A stretch of 64,000 nt of DNA from an uncultured Acidimicrobiales bacterium (GCA_963773315.1 CAVZAF010000010.1:42151-106150), one strand, 5' to 3'. Shown: positions 1 through 10,889, numbered from the stretch's first letter. Numbers and translations are program-made. The notes: a model not told the origin generated them from the sequence alone.

Positions 1-1
1 C

Positions 2-1642
2 GAGCTTCAAGACGGCGTCGACGTGATCGCGTGGCTCGCCGCGCAGGCGTGGTGCAACGGCCGGGTCGGACTGCGCGGACTGTCGTGGGGCGGGTTCAAC
101 GCGCTGCAGATCGCGGCGTTGCGCCCACCCGCGCTCGCTGCGGTCGTCAGCGCGTGCTCGACCGACGATCGCTACTCGGACGACGTCCACTACATGGGCG
201 GCAACGTCCTCGGCTACGACATGCAGCTCTGGGCCACATGGGCTCACCTCTTCTTCGTCGCTCCTCCCGACCCCGAAGTTGTCGGCGAGTCGTGGCGAGC
301 GCGGTGGCTCGAGCGGCTCGAGTCGATCGAGCCCGTCGTCGCGACATGGCTCTCGCATCAGACGCGAGATGAGTACTGGCGGCACGGCTCGGTCGGCGTC
401 GACCCGCACGCGATCAGGGCGCCGGTGCTCATGGTCGGCGGATGGGAGGATGGCTACCGCGACGCGATCATGCGCTTCGTCGCCGCGAGGCCGGTGAACA
501 CGTGGGCCGTGGTCGGGCCATGGGGTCACGGGTGGCCGCATCGCGTGCTGCCCGGTCCGCACGTCGATTGGGTCGCGCGTGAGGTGCGATGGTGGCGGCA
601 CTGGTTGCACGACGACGACAACGGCGTGGAGCACGATCCCGCAGTCGAGGCGTTCGTACAGGACAGTCGGCGTCCCGACGAGCACCTGTTGCATCGCCCC
701 GGGCGATGGATGGTGGTCGATTCGCCCGACCTCGAGGAAGTGGCCCGCGCGTTCGTGGGCCACGGCGACCGTGTGGCGATCCCTCGCCGCTCGGTGCAGG
801 GCATGCACGCGCCCGTGTGGTGCCCGGATGGCGATCCCGCCGACTTCGCTCTGGACCAGCGGTCCGAAGATGCCGCCGCCGCCACGATCGACTGGCCGCT
901 CGTCGAGGACATGCGCATCCTCGGTCGTCCCGTCGCGCATCTGTGCGTGGCCGCTGACGGGGGCGATGCCCAGGTGGTCGTGCGGCTGTGCGACGTCGCG
1001 CCCGACGGCACGTCGACGCTCGTCGCCTTGGGCACGGGACGCGTGACGGGCGCCGCGGATCAAGAGGCGGCCGTGCCGATGCGAGCGACTGGGTACGTCG
1101 TGCCAAAGGGACACACGCTTCGGCTCGCGGTCACGCCCAGCTACTGGCCGATGGTGTGGCCACTGTCCTCGAGAGCGACGCTCACGATCGATCGCGGGCG
1201 CTCTCGGCTCGACCTCCCCGTGGTGCCGCCGAAGGCCACGACGTCGTCGATCGTGGCGCCCGCGCCCGAGCGCCGAGGCGAGCGCGGATCACCGCGGCGA
1301 TGGTCTTCGCAGGTCTTCGGAAGCGACGAGGTACGGATGGAGCGCGTAACCGACTCGGGCGTGGTGACGTTGGACGACGGGTCGTGGTGGCGAGTCGGCG
1401 ATCGCACGTCCTGGTCGACCGGCGACGACCCGCTCGACTCGACGACTACTACGACCGCGACCATGGAACGCGGCCGCGGCGATTGGCGCGTGCGCTGGAA
1501 CGCGACGAGCACGATGACCGCAGACGCAGAGCGCTTCCATGTCGCCATCACGGTGTCGGCGTTCGCAGCCAGGGCCGAGGCGAACGACGAGATGGTCTTC
1601 GAGAGGAGCTACGGGTATGACATCACCCGCGATGACTGCTGA
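2..1642 (+). CDS. CocE/NonD family hydrolase (5' end outside window)
   Basis: Nucleophile motif GLSWGG, DDRYSDDVHYMGG, GGWEDGY, GPWGH, C-terminal PepX-like domain; frame is open from base 2. Confidence 0.9.
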   Translation, partial: ELQDGVDVIAWLAAQAWCNGRVGLRGLSWGGFNALQIAALRPPALAAVVSACSTDDRYSDDVHYMGGNVLGYDMQLWATWAHLFFVAPPDPEVVGESWRARWLERLESIEPVVATWLSHQTRDEYWRHGSVGVDPHAIRAPVLMVGGWEDGYRDAIMRFVAARPVNTWAVVGPWGHGWPHRVLPGPHVDWVAREVRWWRHWLHDDDNGVEHDPAVEAFVQDSRRPDEHLLHRPGRWMVVDSPDLEEVARAFVGHGDRVAIPRRSVQGMHAPVWCPDGDPADFALDQRSEDAAAATIDWPLVEDMRILGRPVAHLCVAADGGDAQVVVRLCDVAPDGTSTLVALGTGRVTGAADQEAAVPMRATGYVVPKGHTLRLAVTPSYWPMVWPLSSRATLTIDRGRSRLDLPVVPPKATTSSIVAPAPERRGERGSPRRWSSQVFGSDEVRMERVTDSGVVTLDDGSWWRVGDRTSWSTGDDPLDSTTTTTATMERGRGDWRVRWNATSTMTADAERFHVAITVSAFAARAEANDEMVFERSYGYDITRDDC

Positions 1643-2969
1643 GACCGTCGAGCTGCTGCAGACGATGATCCGCAACGGATGCGTCAACGACGGCACTCCG
1701 AGCTCGGGTTTCGAGCACCGCAACGCCGACACGCTCCACGCGTTCCTCGGCGATGCCGGCTTCGACGTGGCCCGCTTCGAGCCGACCGCGGGCCGGGTCT
1801 CGCTCGTCGCACGCATGGAAGGCCGCGAACCAGGCGCGCCGAGCTTGTGCCTGATGGGCCACACCGACGTCGTCCCCGTCAACCCCGAAGGATGGACCCG
1901 CGACCCGTTCGCCGGCGAGCTCGTCGACGGGCCGGCCGGGGCCGAGGTGTGGGGACGGGGCGCCATCGACATGCTGAATCTCACCGCGTCGATGGCCGTG
2001 GCGTTCCGGCACCTCGCCCGCGAGGGCTTCCGACCCCGAGGCGATCTCATCTACTTCGCGGTCGCCGACGAGGAGTCGGGGAGCGCGCACGGCGCGCGGT
2101 GGATGGCCGATCACGAAGCCGACGCGATCCGCGCCAACTACGTGCTCACCGAGAACGGCGGCCTGCACTCCGGACCCGGGGAGGCGCCCTATGTCGGCGT
2201 CAACGTGGGGGAGAAGGGAGTCGCGTGGCGCCGGCTCCGCGTGCGAGGCACGCCCGGGCACGGGTCGGCGCCCTATCGAAGCGACAATGCGCTCGTGAAG
2301 GCCGCGGCCGTCGTGCAGCGCCTTGCCGAGTACCGGCCCGCGCCGAAGTTCCACGAGCTCTGGCGCCAGCGCGTCGAGACGCTCGGAGTCGACGACGAGC
2401 TCGCGGCCATGCTCCTCGATCCGGCGCAGATCGACGCCGTGCTGGCGGCGCTACCCAGCTCGGGGACAGCGGCGCACCTCCACGCCTGCACGCACACCAC
2501 GTTCTCGCCGAACGTGACTCGCGGCCCTGGCAAGACCAACGTCATCCCAGACTGCATCGACATCGAGGTCGACATCCGCACGCTCCCCGGTGAGGGCGCC
2601 GCGGAGGTGCAGTCACACCTCGACGAGGCGCTCGGCGACCTCGCGCAGCAGGTAGAGGTCGAGATCTTGATGAACGATCCCGCGAGCATCAGCGCGGTGA
2701 ACACGCCGTTGTGGGACAGCCTGCAGCGCGCGGTCGCGCGGCCGTTCCCGACCGCGCGGCTCACGCCTCAGCTCATCGTCGGGTTCACCGACGCGAGGGT
2801 GTATCGGCAGATGGGCGCGATCGCCTACGGCGCCGGGCTGATGAGCCCGAGCATCGATCCAGGTGAGTTCGGCAAGCGCTTCCACGGAAACGACGAACGA
2901 GTCGACGTCGAGTCGCTCGCGCTCACGACGAACCTCTGGCTTGATGTCGCCCGTGACCTCCTCGGTTGA
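1632..2969 (+). CDS. M20/M25/M40 family metallo-hydrolase
   Basis: GHTDVVP, WGRGAIDM, ADEE, GHGS and FHGNDER motifs; ATG at 1632 overlaps the upstream stop. Confidence 0.92.
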   Translation: MTAETVELLQTMIRNGCVNDGTPSSGFEHRNADTLHAFLGDAGFDVARFEPTAGRVSLVARMEGREPGAPSLCLMGHTDVVPVNPEGWTRDPFAGELVDGPAGAEVWGRGAIDMLNLTASMAVAFRHLAREGFRPRGDLIYFAVADEESGSAHGARWMADHEADAIRANYVLTENGGLHSGPGEAPYVGVNVGEKGVAWRRLRVRGTPGHGSAPYRSDNALVKAAAVVQRLAEYRPAPKFHELWRQRVETLGVDDELAAMLLDPAQIDAVLAALPSSGTAAHLHACTHTTFSPNVTRGPGKTNVIPDCIDIEVDIRTLPGEGAAEVQSHLDEALGDLAQQVEVEILMNDPASISAVNTPLWDSLQRAVARPFPTARLTPQLIVGFTDARVYRQMGAIAYGAGLMSPSIDPGEFGKRFHGNDERVDVESLALTTNLWLDVARDLLG

Positions 2970-2987
2970 GCCTCGTAGGTTGACGGC

Positions 2988-3824
2988 ATGAGCGACCGCG
3001 AGCGATTCGTCCGTCCGCCGAGCGCGGAGTCTGCCGGCGAGGCGCCGGGACGCGGCCGGCTGACCGACCGCCGCATCCTGGTGGTGGGCGGGGGCCAAAG
3101 GGTCGTCGACGCCGACACCGATCCGGTGGGCAACGGCCGCGCGATTTCGCTGCTCTTCGGGCGGGAGGGCGCGCATGTCGCCGTCGCCGACCGCAACGAG
3201 GACAGCGCCCAGGACACGGTCGACATGATCCGCAAGGAGGGCGGCCGCGCGTTCACGATCAGCGCGGACATCACCGACGAAGAGCACGTCGGGCGCATGA
3301 TGGACGAAGCTCGCATCGGCCTCGGTGGGCTCGACGGCATGGTGCTGAACGTGGGCATAGGGGCGGGCACGCTCGGGCTCGCGAACGTGAAGACGGACGA
3401 CTGGAACATGACGCTCGCGACGAACCTGCGCGGCCCGATGCTCTGCTGCCGCGATGCGCTGCCTGTGCTCGCGGACGGCTCATCGATCGTGTTCATCTCG
3501 TCGATCGCGGGCATCACATCAGGCTCACGCCTGCCCGCGTACGACGCGTCGAAGGCCGCGCTCGGGGGACTCATGCGCCACGTCGCGCGCGAGGGCGCCG
3601 CCCGCGGCATCCGCGCGAACGTCGTCGCGCCCGGGCTCGTCGACACGCCGCTCGGGCGGCTCGCGACCGCGGGACGCCCCTCGCGGGCCGCGACGAATGT
3701 GCCGTTCGGGCGTCAGGCCACGGCGTGGGAGATCGCCTACGCCGTGCTGTTCTTCATGTCAGACGAGAGCGTCTACGTGACGGGGCAGACGCTCGCCGTT
3801 GACAGTGGCCTGACAGGCCTTTGA
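2988..3824 (+). CDS. SDR family oxidoreductase
   Basis: Rossmann-like VGGG...GNGRA, YDASK catalytic motif, NVVAPG. Confidence 0.9.
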   Translation: MSDRERFVRPPSAESAGEAPGRGRLTDRRILVVGGGQRVVDADTDPVGNGRAISLLFGREGAHVAVADRNEDSAQDTVDMIRKEGGRAFTISADITDEEHVGRMMDEARIGLGGLDGMVLNVGIGAGTLGLANVKTDDWNMTLATNLRGPMLCCRDALPVLADGSSIVFISSIAGITSGSRLPAYDASKAALGGLMRHVAREGAARGIRANVVAPGLVDTPLGRLATAGRPSRAATNVPFGRQATAWEIAYAVLFFMSDESVYVTGQTLAVDSGLTGL

Positions 3825-3833
3825 AGCACGGCC

Positions 3834-4806
3834 TCACTGGCCTGTGACGAGATCGCTCGCCGGGATCACGCCCATGCGGCCGGCCTGGTAGTCCTCGAGC
3901 GCTTGCACGATCTCGGCGCGGGTGTTCATGAGGAACGGCCCGTAGTGCGCGATGGGCTCGCGGATCGGGCACGCCTCCGAGCAGCAGCACCTCGAGGTTG
4001 GGCGAGTCGTCCGGCTGCGTGGCGGCGGCCTCGATCGTCAGCACGTCGCCCGGGCCGAACACGATCAGCTCGTGCGCGTCGATCGGCCTGCGCTCGCTTC
4101 CGGCGACGCCATGACCGCTCAGCACGTACGCCATCGCGGTGTACCCCTCGTTCCAAGGCACCTCGACCTGAGCACCGGGGCTCACGGTCGCGTGCGCGTA
4201 CGTGATCGGCGTGTAGGTCACGCCGGGGCCGTCGTGGCCGTCGAGGTCTCCGGCGATCAGTCGGACGAGCGTGCCGCCGTCGGGTGAGGAGAGAAGGGTG
4301 AGCCGATCGCCCGTGATCGCCTGATAGCGGGGCGGCGACATCTTCAAGGCTGCAGGCAGGTTCACCCACAGCTGCACGCCGTGCGTGCGACCGCCCGATC
4401 GCACGAAGGCCTCGGTGGGCACTTCGTCGTGGAGGATGCCCGACCCTGCGGTCATCCACTGCGTGTCGCCCTCGCCGATGACACCGCCGCCGCCGTTCGA
4501 GTCATGGTGTGACACGACACCGTCGATCACATAGGTGACGGTCTCGAACCCGCGGTGCGGGTGCCATGGCGCGCCGACGGCCTCGTTCGGCGCGTAGTCC
4601 ACGGGGCCGAGCTGGTCGAGCAGGAAGAACGGGTCGGCGACGTGGGGATCGATGCCGCCGGGGAAGGGCCGCCAGACGGAGAACCCGGCGCCCTCGACCG
4701 TGTGGTGAGCGGGGACGACGCGCTCGACGGGACGGCGCTGCGACGTCGGGTTGGCCTCGCGCAGGCGGGGGAGGACGAGAGGGTTGTCGACAGTGACTGC
4801 GGGCAT
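3834..4806 (-). CDS. Pirin family protein (one +1 frameshift near 3968, probably a sequence error)
   Basis: [33 protein letters not shown]; the C-terminus [16 protein letters not shown]...EDYQAGRMG continues in another frame to TGA at 3834. Confidence 0.88.
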
Positions 4807-4821
4807 GGTGGTTCGAACATC

Positions 4822-4835
4822 GTTGACGTTTCAAC
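4822..4835. promoter_or_regulatory. Palindromic operator-like site GTTGA-N4-TCAAC between the divergent pirin and methyltransferase genes
   Basis: AT-richer palindrome gttgacgtttcaac in a 58-bp divergent intergenic gap. Confidence 0.5.
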
Positions 4836-4864
4836 TATTCCGTCGGCACTACCCTCGCGGCGGC

Positions 4865-5731
4865 ATGCACGACCACACGCACGCGGTCGACTGGGCGGCG
4901 ATCTCCGACCACATGGCGCGTCGCCAGGAGCTCGAGCTCCCGCAGCTGCGAGAGATCCTGCGATGGCTCGACGTGCCCACGGGAGCCGCCGTGGCTGACG
5001 TCGGCTGCGGTGCCGGCGGCATGGTCGAGCTGCTCGCCGAGCGCGTGGGCGCGACGGGGATGGTGTACGCGGTCGACGGCAACGAGGCGATGCGAGCGGC
5101 GACACAGGCCGTCGTCGAGGCATGCAGCGTCGACGCGTGGGTGCGCGTGCTGCCCGGCGACCTCGAGCAACAAGACCTGCGGTCGATCGTGGGTCGCGAT
5201 CTCGACCTGGTGCACGCGAGTGCGGTGGTCCATCACCTCGCCGACGAGGTCAACGGGCTGCGCCGCCTCGCGACCGCGCTCGCAGTCGGTGGCCGCCTCG
5301 TGGTCGTGGAAGGCGGGCTGCCCACCAGTCATCTTCCGGCCGACTGCGGCGTCGGCCGCCCGGGGCTCGAGGGCCGCATGCGCGAGCTCCAGCAGCAGTG
5401 GTTCTGGAGCAGTGTTCGCCCGCCTGACCTGCAAGTCGCTCCGGGCGGCCCCTCTGGATGGAACGAGAAGCTCCTCGCGGCCGGGCTCGTCGAGGTCGAG
5501 ACAAGGACCTTCCTGCTCGACCTGCCCGCTCCGCTGTCGTTGCGCATGCGGGAGGGGGTGCGTGACCACTACGTCGAATGGCGCGACCGCTTCGGGCATC
5601 TGCTCGACGGGGAAGACATCGAGGCCCTCGAGGTGTTGGTCGACGTGGACGATCCCCGCGGTGTGCTCCATCGGTCCGACGTCTTCGTGCTCGGAGCCCG
5701 CACCGCCTACGTGGCAAGGAGGGACCGCTGA
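4865..5731 (+). CDS. Class I SAM-dependent methyltransferase
   Basis: VADVGCGAG motif I, DLVHASAVVHH, GGRLVVVE. Confidence 0.88.
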   Translation: MHDHTHAVDWAAISDHMARRQELELPQLREILRWLDVPTGAAVADVGCGAGGMVELLAERVGATGMVYAVDGNEAMRAATQAVVEACSVDAWVRVLPGDLEQQDLRSIVGRDLDLVHASAVVHHLADEVNGLRRLATALAVGGRLVVVEGGLPTSHLPADCGVGRPGLEGRMRELQQQWFWSSVRPPDLQVAPGGPSGWNEKLLAAGLVEVETRTFLLDLPAPLSLRMREGVRDHYVEWRDRFGHLLDGEDIEALEVLVDVDDPRGVLHRSDVFVLGARTAYVARRDR

Positions 5732-6480
5732 TGAGCGACCAGCGCGGCCAGGTGCGGGTCGAGCCGAGCCAGAAGCGCGTACGGGCGTACCTCGGAGGTG
5801 AGCTCGTGTTCGACACGACCCACCCCTCGCTTGTCTGGGAGGTGCCGTACTACCCCGCGTATTACATCCCGAACGCCGACGTGCACGCGGGACTCGTGCC
5901 GACAGGGACGGTGACGCACTCGCCGAGCCGCGGCGACGCGCAGCACTTCACCGTGAAGACCGCGACCACAGAGGCGGCCGACGCGGCGTGGACCTACCCC
6001 GACTCACCCCTCGAGGTGATCAGAGACCTCGTGCGCTTCGACTGGGCTGCGATGGACGCGTGGTTCGAAGAGGACGAAGAGATCATCGTGCACCCACGCG
6101 ACCCGTACACCCGAGTCGACACGCTCGCGAGCAGCCGCCACGTGCGCGTCTTCATCGACGGCGACCTCGTCGCCGACTCGACGCGGCCGGTCCTCCTCTT
6201 CGAGACTGGCCTGCCCGTGCGCTACTACCTCCCTCAGACCGACCTTCGCACCGAGCTCTTCACCCCGACGGACAAGCACACGTCGTGCCCGTACAAGGGC
6301 ACCGCGCGGTACTGGTCGGCGACCGTCGGAGGCACCGAGCATCCCGACATCGTGTGGTCGTACCCGACGCCGCTGCCCGAGAGCATCAAGGTCGCGGGGA
6401 TGGTCAGCTTCTACAACGAGAAGGTCGACATCGAGGTCGACGGGGTGATGCAACCGCGCCCGTGGACGAAGTTCAGCTGA
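5731..6480 (+). CDS. DUF427 (tandem domain) protein
   Basis: HPRDPYTRVD, LLFETGLPVRYY, TSCPYKGTARYW; start overlaps the upstream TGA. Confidence 0.9.
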   Translation: MSDQRGQVRVEPSQKRVRAYLGGELVFDTTHPSLVWEVPYYPAYYIPNADVHAGLVPTGTVTHSPSRGDAQHFTVKTATTEAADAAWTYPDSPLEVIRDLVRFDWAAMDAWFEEDEEIIVHPRDPYTRVDTLASSRHVRVFIDGDLVADSTRPVLLFETGLPVRYYLPQTDLRTELFTPTDKHTSCPYKGTARYWSATVGGTEHPDIVWSYPTPLPESIKVAGMVSFYNEKVDIEVDGVMQPRPWTKFS

Positions 6481-6532
6481 GCGATCCCCAGGAAGACCTG
6501 GGCCGACGAGGGCCGTGGGTTAGCGTCGAGAC

Positions 6533-6997
6533 GTGGGGCAGACCCGCGCAGTCGCTTCACCCGCCACCTCTCGTGAACGAGCGATCTACGACGTCATCAG
6601 GCAGCGCGGTGGGCGGGTCACCGCGCCGACGCGGCTCGTGGTCGGCGTGCTGCTCGAGACCGACGCCCATCTCACGGCCGACGACCTCATCGCCACCGTG
6701 GGCAGGCGCAAGAAGGGGATCGCCCCATCGACGGTCTACCGAGTGCTGCAGCGCCTCGGAGAGGTCGGGGTCGTCGAGCACGTGCACCCGGGCGACGGGC
6801 CCGCCTTCTACCACCTCCGTGAAGGCGGTCATGCCCATCTCGTGTGCCATCGCTGCAATGCGGTGATCGACATCGCGGACGGCGCACTCGCAGGGCTCGC
6901 GAGGAAGGTGGACGAAGCGCACGGGTTCGCTCTCGACACCCACCACGCCGCCTTGCTCGGTCTGTGCGCGCGGTGTCGCGCAGACGCTGGGGTCTGA
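6533..6997 (+). CDS. Fur family transcriptional regulator
   Basis: STVYRVL helix, HAHLVCHRC and C-terminal CARC zinc motifs. Confidence 0.88.
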   Translation: MGQTRAVASPATSRERAIYDVIRQRGGRVTAPTRLVVGVLLETDAHLTADDLIATVGRRKKGIAPSTVYRVLQRLGEVGVVEHVHPGDGPAFYHLREGGHAHLVCHRCNAVIDIADGALAGLARKVDEAHGFALDTHHAALLGLCARCRADAGV

Positions 6998-7002
6998 CCG
7001 AC

Positions 7003-9420
7003 ATGGCGATCGACTCGGAGGCGCCGCCGAGCGCCCAGGAGGAGCACGGGTTCCTGCCGATCCCCGACGTGAAGGCGTGGCGATCGATCTACGCCTCGAG
7101 GGGGGACGAGCCGCGGCATCGACGCGCAGCCGACGCAGTCCTCTTTGTCATTGCGGCACTCGGTCTGCTCATCGCGAGCCTCATCTCCAGCAGCTCCCTT
7201 GCCGGCGAAGCGAACGCGATCTCGGGCCTCCAAGACCTCCTCGATTGGCTCGATCCGATCTGGCGCGTCACGTACACGCTCGCGACCCTCATCTCGGTCG
7301 CGCTGATCGTGATCGCGTTCGCGACGAGGCGACGCGCGCTGGGCTTCATGCTCGTCATCTCGATCGGCCTGGTGGTTGCGGTCGGCGAGCTCGTGGGACA
7401 TCTCGTGACCGACGCGTGGATCGGGCTGAAGCCCATCGTTGCCTACGGCGAGCCGACCTTCCCGCCCATCCGCATCGCGATCTGCTCAGCGGTGATCGCC
7501 ACCGCTCGTCCCGACCTGTCACGACCGATGCGCCGCTTTTGCGTCGGGGTGATCACGCTCGCCGCCCTCGGTGCGGTCGTTCTCGGCGAGAGCACCCTCT
7601 CGGGCGCGCTGGCGGCCTTGTCCGTCGGTGTGCTCGTGACTGCGTTCCTGTACCTCGTGATGGGCTCGCACGCAGGCTTCCCGCCCGAGAGCCGAGTGAG
7701 GGCGAGCCTCGCCGAGCTCGGCCTCGCCGTCGGCGCGCTCGAGCCCACGGCAGCGCAGACGGCAGGGGTTGCGACTTATGAGACGACCGACACCGCCGGG
7801 CGCCCTCTGCTGGTGAAGGTCTACGGCCGCGACGCCCGCGACTCGCAGCTCGTCGCTCGGCTGTGGCGCACCGCGTGGTACCGCGAGGCCGGCCCGCAGA
7901 TGGCGACGAGCCGGCTTCGCCAGGTCGAGCACGAGGCGCTGTGCACGCTCGCAGCCGAACGCGCTGGCGTCGTAACGCAAGACGTCGTTGCTGTCGGGGA
8001 AGTCAGCAACGGCGATGCCGTGATCGTGCTCGATCGCGCGGTCGGCCCGACCTTCGCCGACCTGCGCGATGAGGCCCTCACGGACGACATGCTCGAGGAC
8101 GCGTGGACCTCGCTCTCGCGTCTGCACGGGGCTCGCATCGCGCACGGCCGCATCGAGCCCGACGAGCTCGCCGTGAGCGAGGGGCGGGTGGTGATCACTG
8201 ATCTGGCGACCGCTCGGCTCGCGGCGCGAGAGAGCGACCTCGCTGTCGACCTCGCCGAGATGCTCGTCGCGACCGCACTGCTGGTCGGCCCCGAACGTGC
8301 ACTCACCGCGGCCCGCACGACGATCGGTGACGAGGCCCTCGCGGAGGCGCTGCCCTTCGTGCAGCCGGCCGCGCTCACACCCGACCTGCGTGACGAGGCC
8401 CACGACGCCGGTCTGAAGGTCGGCGACTTCCGCAGCCAGGTCGCCGAGGCGCTCGGAGTGCCGCTGACGCCGATCGCCGAGCTCCGCCGGGTGACGCTGA
8501 AAGGCCTCTTCTTCGTCGGCATCACCGCGTTCGGGGCGTGGCTGATCATCTCGCAGCTCGCCGACGTTGGGCTCTCGACGATCGTCGACGAGCTCAAGGG
8601 AGCGTCGTGGGAGTGGCTCCTCGTCGTGCTCATCCTCGGACAGCTCCCGCTCCTCAGCCAGGCGCTCTCGCTGACCGGCGCGGTGCCGAACTCCATCCCC
8701 TACGCGCCGACGGTGGCGCTCGAGTCGGGCATCAAGTTCGTGAACCTCACAGTGCCGAGCTCGGCGGGACGCATCGCCGTGAACATCCGCTACTTGCAGA
8801 AGCAAGGGTTGAGCTCGACATCCGCGGTCGCCGCCGGCTCGCTCGACGGTGTCGCAGGCACGATCGTCGAGGTCGTGCTTCTCCTCCTGATCTTGCCGTT
8901 CGTGAACCTCGACCTGAGCGTCGACGCCGGCTCCGATCTGTCTGCGCTCGGGTGGATCATCCTCGCGTTCGTCATCGCGGTGGTCGCGGCGGTGATCGTG
9001 CTGATCGTGAAGCGCGCATGGCGGGAGCGGCTCGTGCACCTCATGAAGGAGGCGTTCGAGACCCTGAAGGTCGTGCTCGTCGCGCCCGCGAAGCTCGTGC
9101 GGCTCTTCGGCGGCAACGTGCTCACCGAGATCGGCTGGGCGCTGACGTTGTGCGCCTCCGCGCACGCGTACGGCGCGGACCTCGGCCTCGCGCAGGCGCT
9201 CGTCGTGAACATGTGCGCGAGCGTCTTCGCGTCGGTCATGCCGGTGCCGGGTGGCATCGGTGTCGCAGAAGCGAGCCTCGCCGCGGGGATGATGGCGTTC
9301 GGTGTGCCGTCGAGCGAGGCCTACGCCGCCGCGCTGACACATCGACTTGCGACGTTCTACCTCCCGCCGATCTGGGGTTGGTTCTCGCTGCGCTACCTCA
9401 CGCGCAAGGGCTACCTGTGA
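7003..9420 (+). CDS. Membrane protein with kinase-like middle domain and lysylphosphatidylglycerol-synthase-like (flippase) TM domain
   Basis: Multiple TMs, VKVYGRDARD, LHGARIAHG, C-terminal PVPGGIGVAEA...HRLATFYLPP. Confidence 0.82.
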   Translation: MAIDSEAPPSAQEEHGFLPIPDVKAWRSIYASRGDEPRHRRAADAVLFVIAALGLLIASLISSSSLAGEANAISGLQDLLDWLDPIWRVTYTLATLISVALIVIAFATRRRALGFMLVISIGLVVAVGELVGHLVTDAWIGLKPIVAYGEPTFPPIRIAICSAVIATARPDLSRPMRRFCVGVITLAALGAVVLGESTLSGALAALSVGVLVTAFLYLVMGSHAGFPPESRVRASLAELGLAVGALEPTAAQTAGVATYETTDTAGRPLLVKVYGRDARDSQLVARLWRTAWYREAGPQMATSRLRQVEHEALCTLAAERAGVVTQDVVAVGEVSNGDAVIVLDRAVGPTFADLRDEALTDDMLEDAWTSLSRLHGARIAHGRIEPDELAVSEGRVVITDLATARLAARESDLAVDLAEMLVATALLVGPERALTAARTTIGDEALAEALPFVQPAALTPDLRDEAHDAGLKVGDFRSQVAEALGVPLTPIAELRRVTLKGLFFVGITAFGAWLIISQLADVGLSTIVDELKGASWEWLLVVLILGQLPLLSQALSLTGAVPNSIPYAPTVALESGIKFVNLTVPSSAGRIAVNIRYLQKQGLSSTSAVAAGSLDGVAGTIVEVVLLLLILPFVNLDLSVDAGSDLSALGWIILAFVIAVVAAVIVLIVKRAWRERLVHLMKEAFETLKVVLVAPAKLVRLFGGNVLTEIGWALTLCASAHAYGADLGLAQALVVNMCASVFASVMPVPGGIGVAEASLAAGMMAFGVPSSEAYAAALTHRLATFYLPPIWGWFSLRYLTRKGYL

Positions 9421-10379
9421 CCCCGACCGATGCTCGCCTCAAGGGGATGGTGCACGTCCCCGGCGGCGAGTTCCGCATGGGCTCTGCCGCGTTCTACCCC
9501 GAGGAAGCGCCGGTGCATCGCGTGACCGTCGACGACCTCTGGGTGGACGAGCACCCGGTCACGGTCGCTCAGTTCCGACGCTTCGTGAAGGACACGGGCC
9601 ATGTCACCGAGGCCGAGAAGGCGCCGAACCCGGCCGACTACCCCGATGCCGATCCTGCGCTGCTCGTGCCGGGCTCGCTCGTGTTCTCGAACCCCGGGAA
9701 ACCTGTCCCCCTCAACGACTGGACGCTCTGGTGGGCGTGGACGCCGGGAGCGTCATGGCGTCATCCCGAAGGACCCGGCAGCACGCTCAACGGCCGCGAT
9801 CGCCATCCAGTCGTGCACATCGCCCACACGGACGCCGAGGCGTACGCGGCCTGGGCGGGCAAAGAGCTCCCGACCGAAGCGGAGTGGGAGCGAGCCGCGC
9901 GCGGCGGGCTCGACGGTGCGACATTCCCGTGGGGGAATGATCCGATGCCGAAGGGCAAGCACATGGCGAACACCTGGCAGGGCGAGTTCCCATGGCAGAA
10001 CCTCGCGCTCGACGGGTACACGGGCACGTCACCGGTCAAGACCTACCCGCCGAACGGCTACGGCCTCTACGACGTCGTCGGCAACGTTTGGGAGTGGACC
10101 GCCGACTGGTTCACACCGCAGCACACCAGTGACACCGAGAAGGCATGTTGTGTGCCGCACAACCCGCGGGTCACCTCGCAGGACGAGAGCTTCGCCCCCG
10201 ACCAGACCGCGCCTCATCACGCGCGTCGAGTCATCAAGGGCGGCTCGCACCTCTGCGCACCGAGCTACTGCTTTCGTTACCGCCCCGCCGCCCGTCAGGG
10301 CGAGACGATCGACACATCGACCTCGCACATCGGGTTCCGATGCGTGTTTCACCCGGAGGGGGCGACGCGGACGACGTGA
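9417..10379 (+). CDS. Formylglycine-generating enzyme family protein (SUMF1-like)
   Basis: LPTEAEWE, ANTWQGEFP, GNVWEW, KGGSHLCAPSYCFRYRPAAR, HIGFRC; GTGA overlap. Confidence 0.92.
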   Translation: MTPTDARLKGMVHVPGGEFRMGSAAFYPEEAPVHRVTVDDLWVDEHPVTVAQFRRFVKDTGHVTEAEKAPNPADYPDADPALLVPGSLVFSNPGKPVPLNDWTLWWAWTPGASWRHPEGPGSTLNGRDRHPVVHIAHTDAEAYAAWAGKELPTEAEWERAARGGLDGATFPWGNDPMPKGKHMANTWQGEFPWQNLALDGYTGTSPVKTYPPNGYGLYDVVGNVWEWTADWFTPQHTSDTEKACCVPHNPRVTSQDESFAPDQTAPHHARRVIKGGSHLCAPSYCFRYRPAARQGETIDTSTSHIGFRCVFHPEGATRTT

Positions 10380-10424
10380 CGGAGGGGCTATGTTCCGCTT
10401 CTCATCCCCGACTGAGGAGAGGCC

Positions 10425-10859
10425 ATGGGAACTGTCTCCAAGCCGATCGGCCCGGTGTCATGCGCAGTCTTTGGCTTCCCCGGAAGCAACTTCAGCGGCG
10501 AGATCGCGCCGGCGCTCGCCGAGCTCGTCGACAACGGGACCATCCGGGTGCTCGACCTGGTGTTCGCGATGAAGGACGAGGATGGCAACGTCGCGGTGCT
10601 CGAGCTCGAAGAGCTCGACGCTGAGAAGAAGGCCCCATGGCAGGGGGTCGGTCAAGCGCAGGCGGGACTCCTCAACGACGACGACGTCGACTCCATCGCC
10701 GACGCGCTCGAGCCCGGCGACGCGGCAGCGCTGCTCGTCTGGGAGGACCTTTGGGCCGCCCGCTTCGCGCAGGCCGTGCGCAACGCGGACGGCGAGCTGA
10801 TCTTGTACGAGCGGATCCCCTACGACCTCGTGGTCGCCGCCATCGAAGAAGCAGACTGA
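10425..10859 (+). CDS. DUF6325-like hypothetical protein
   Basis: GPV...FPG..FSGEIAPALAELVDNGTIRVLDL...WEDLWA pattern; GAGGAG RBS. Confidence 0.75.
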   Translation: MGTVSKPIGPVSCAVFGFPGSNFSGEIAPALAELVDNGTIRVLDLVFAMKDEDGNVAVLELEELDAEKKAPWQGVGQAQAGLLNDDDVDSIADALEPGDAAALLVWEDLWAARFAQAVRNADGELILYERIPYDLVVAAIEEAD

Positions 10860-10889
10860 CACCCCCCACCGGAGAGAGGACCAAGCAAG

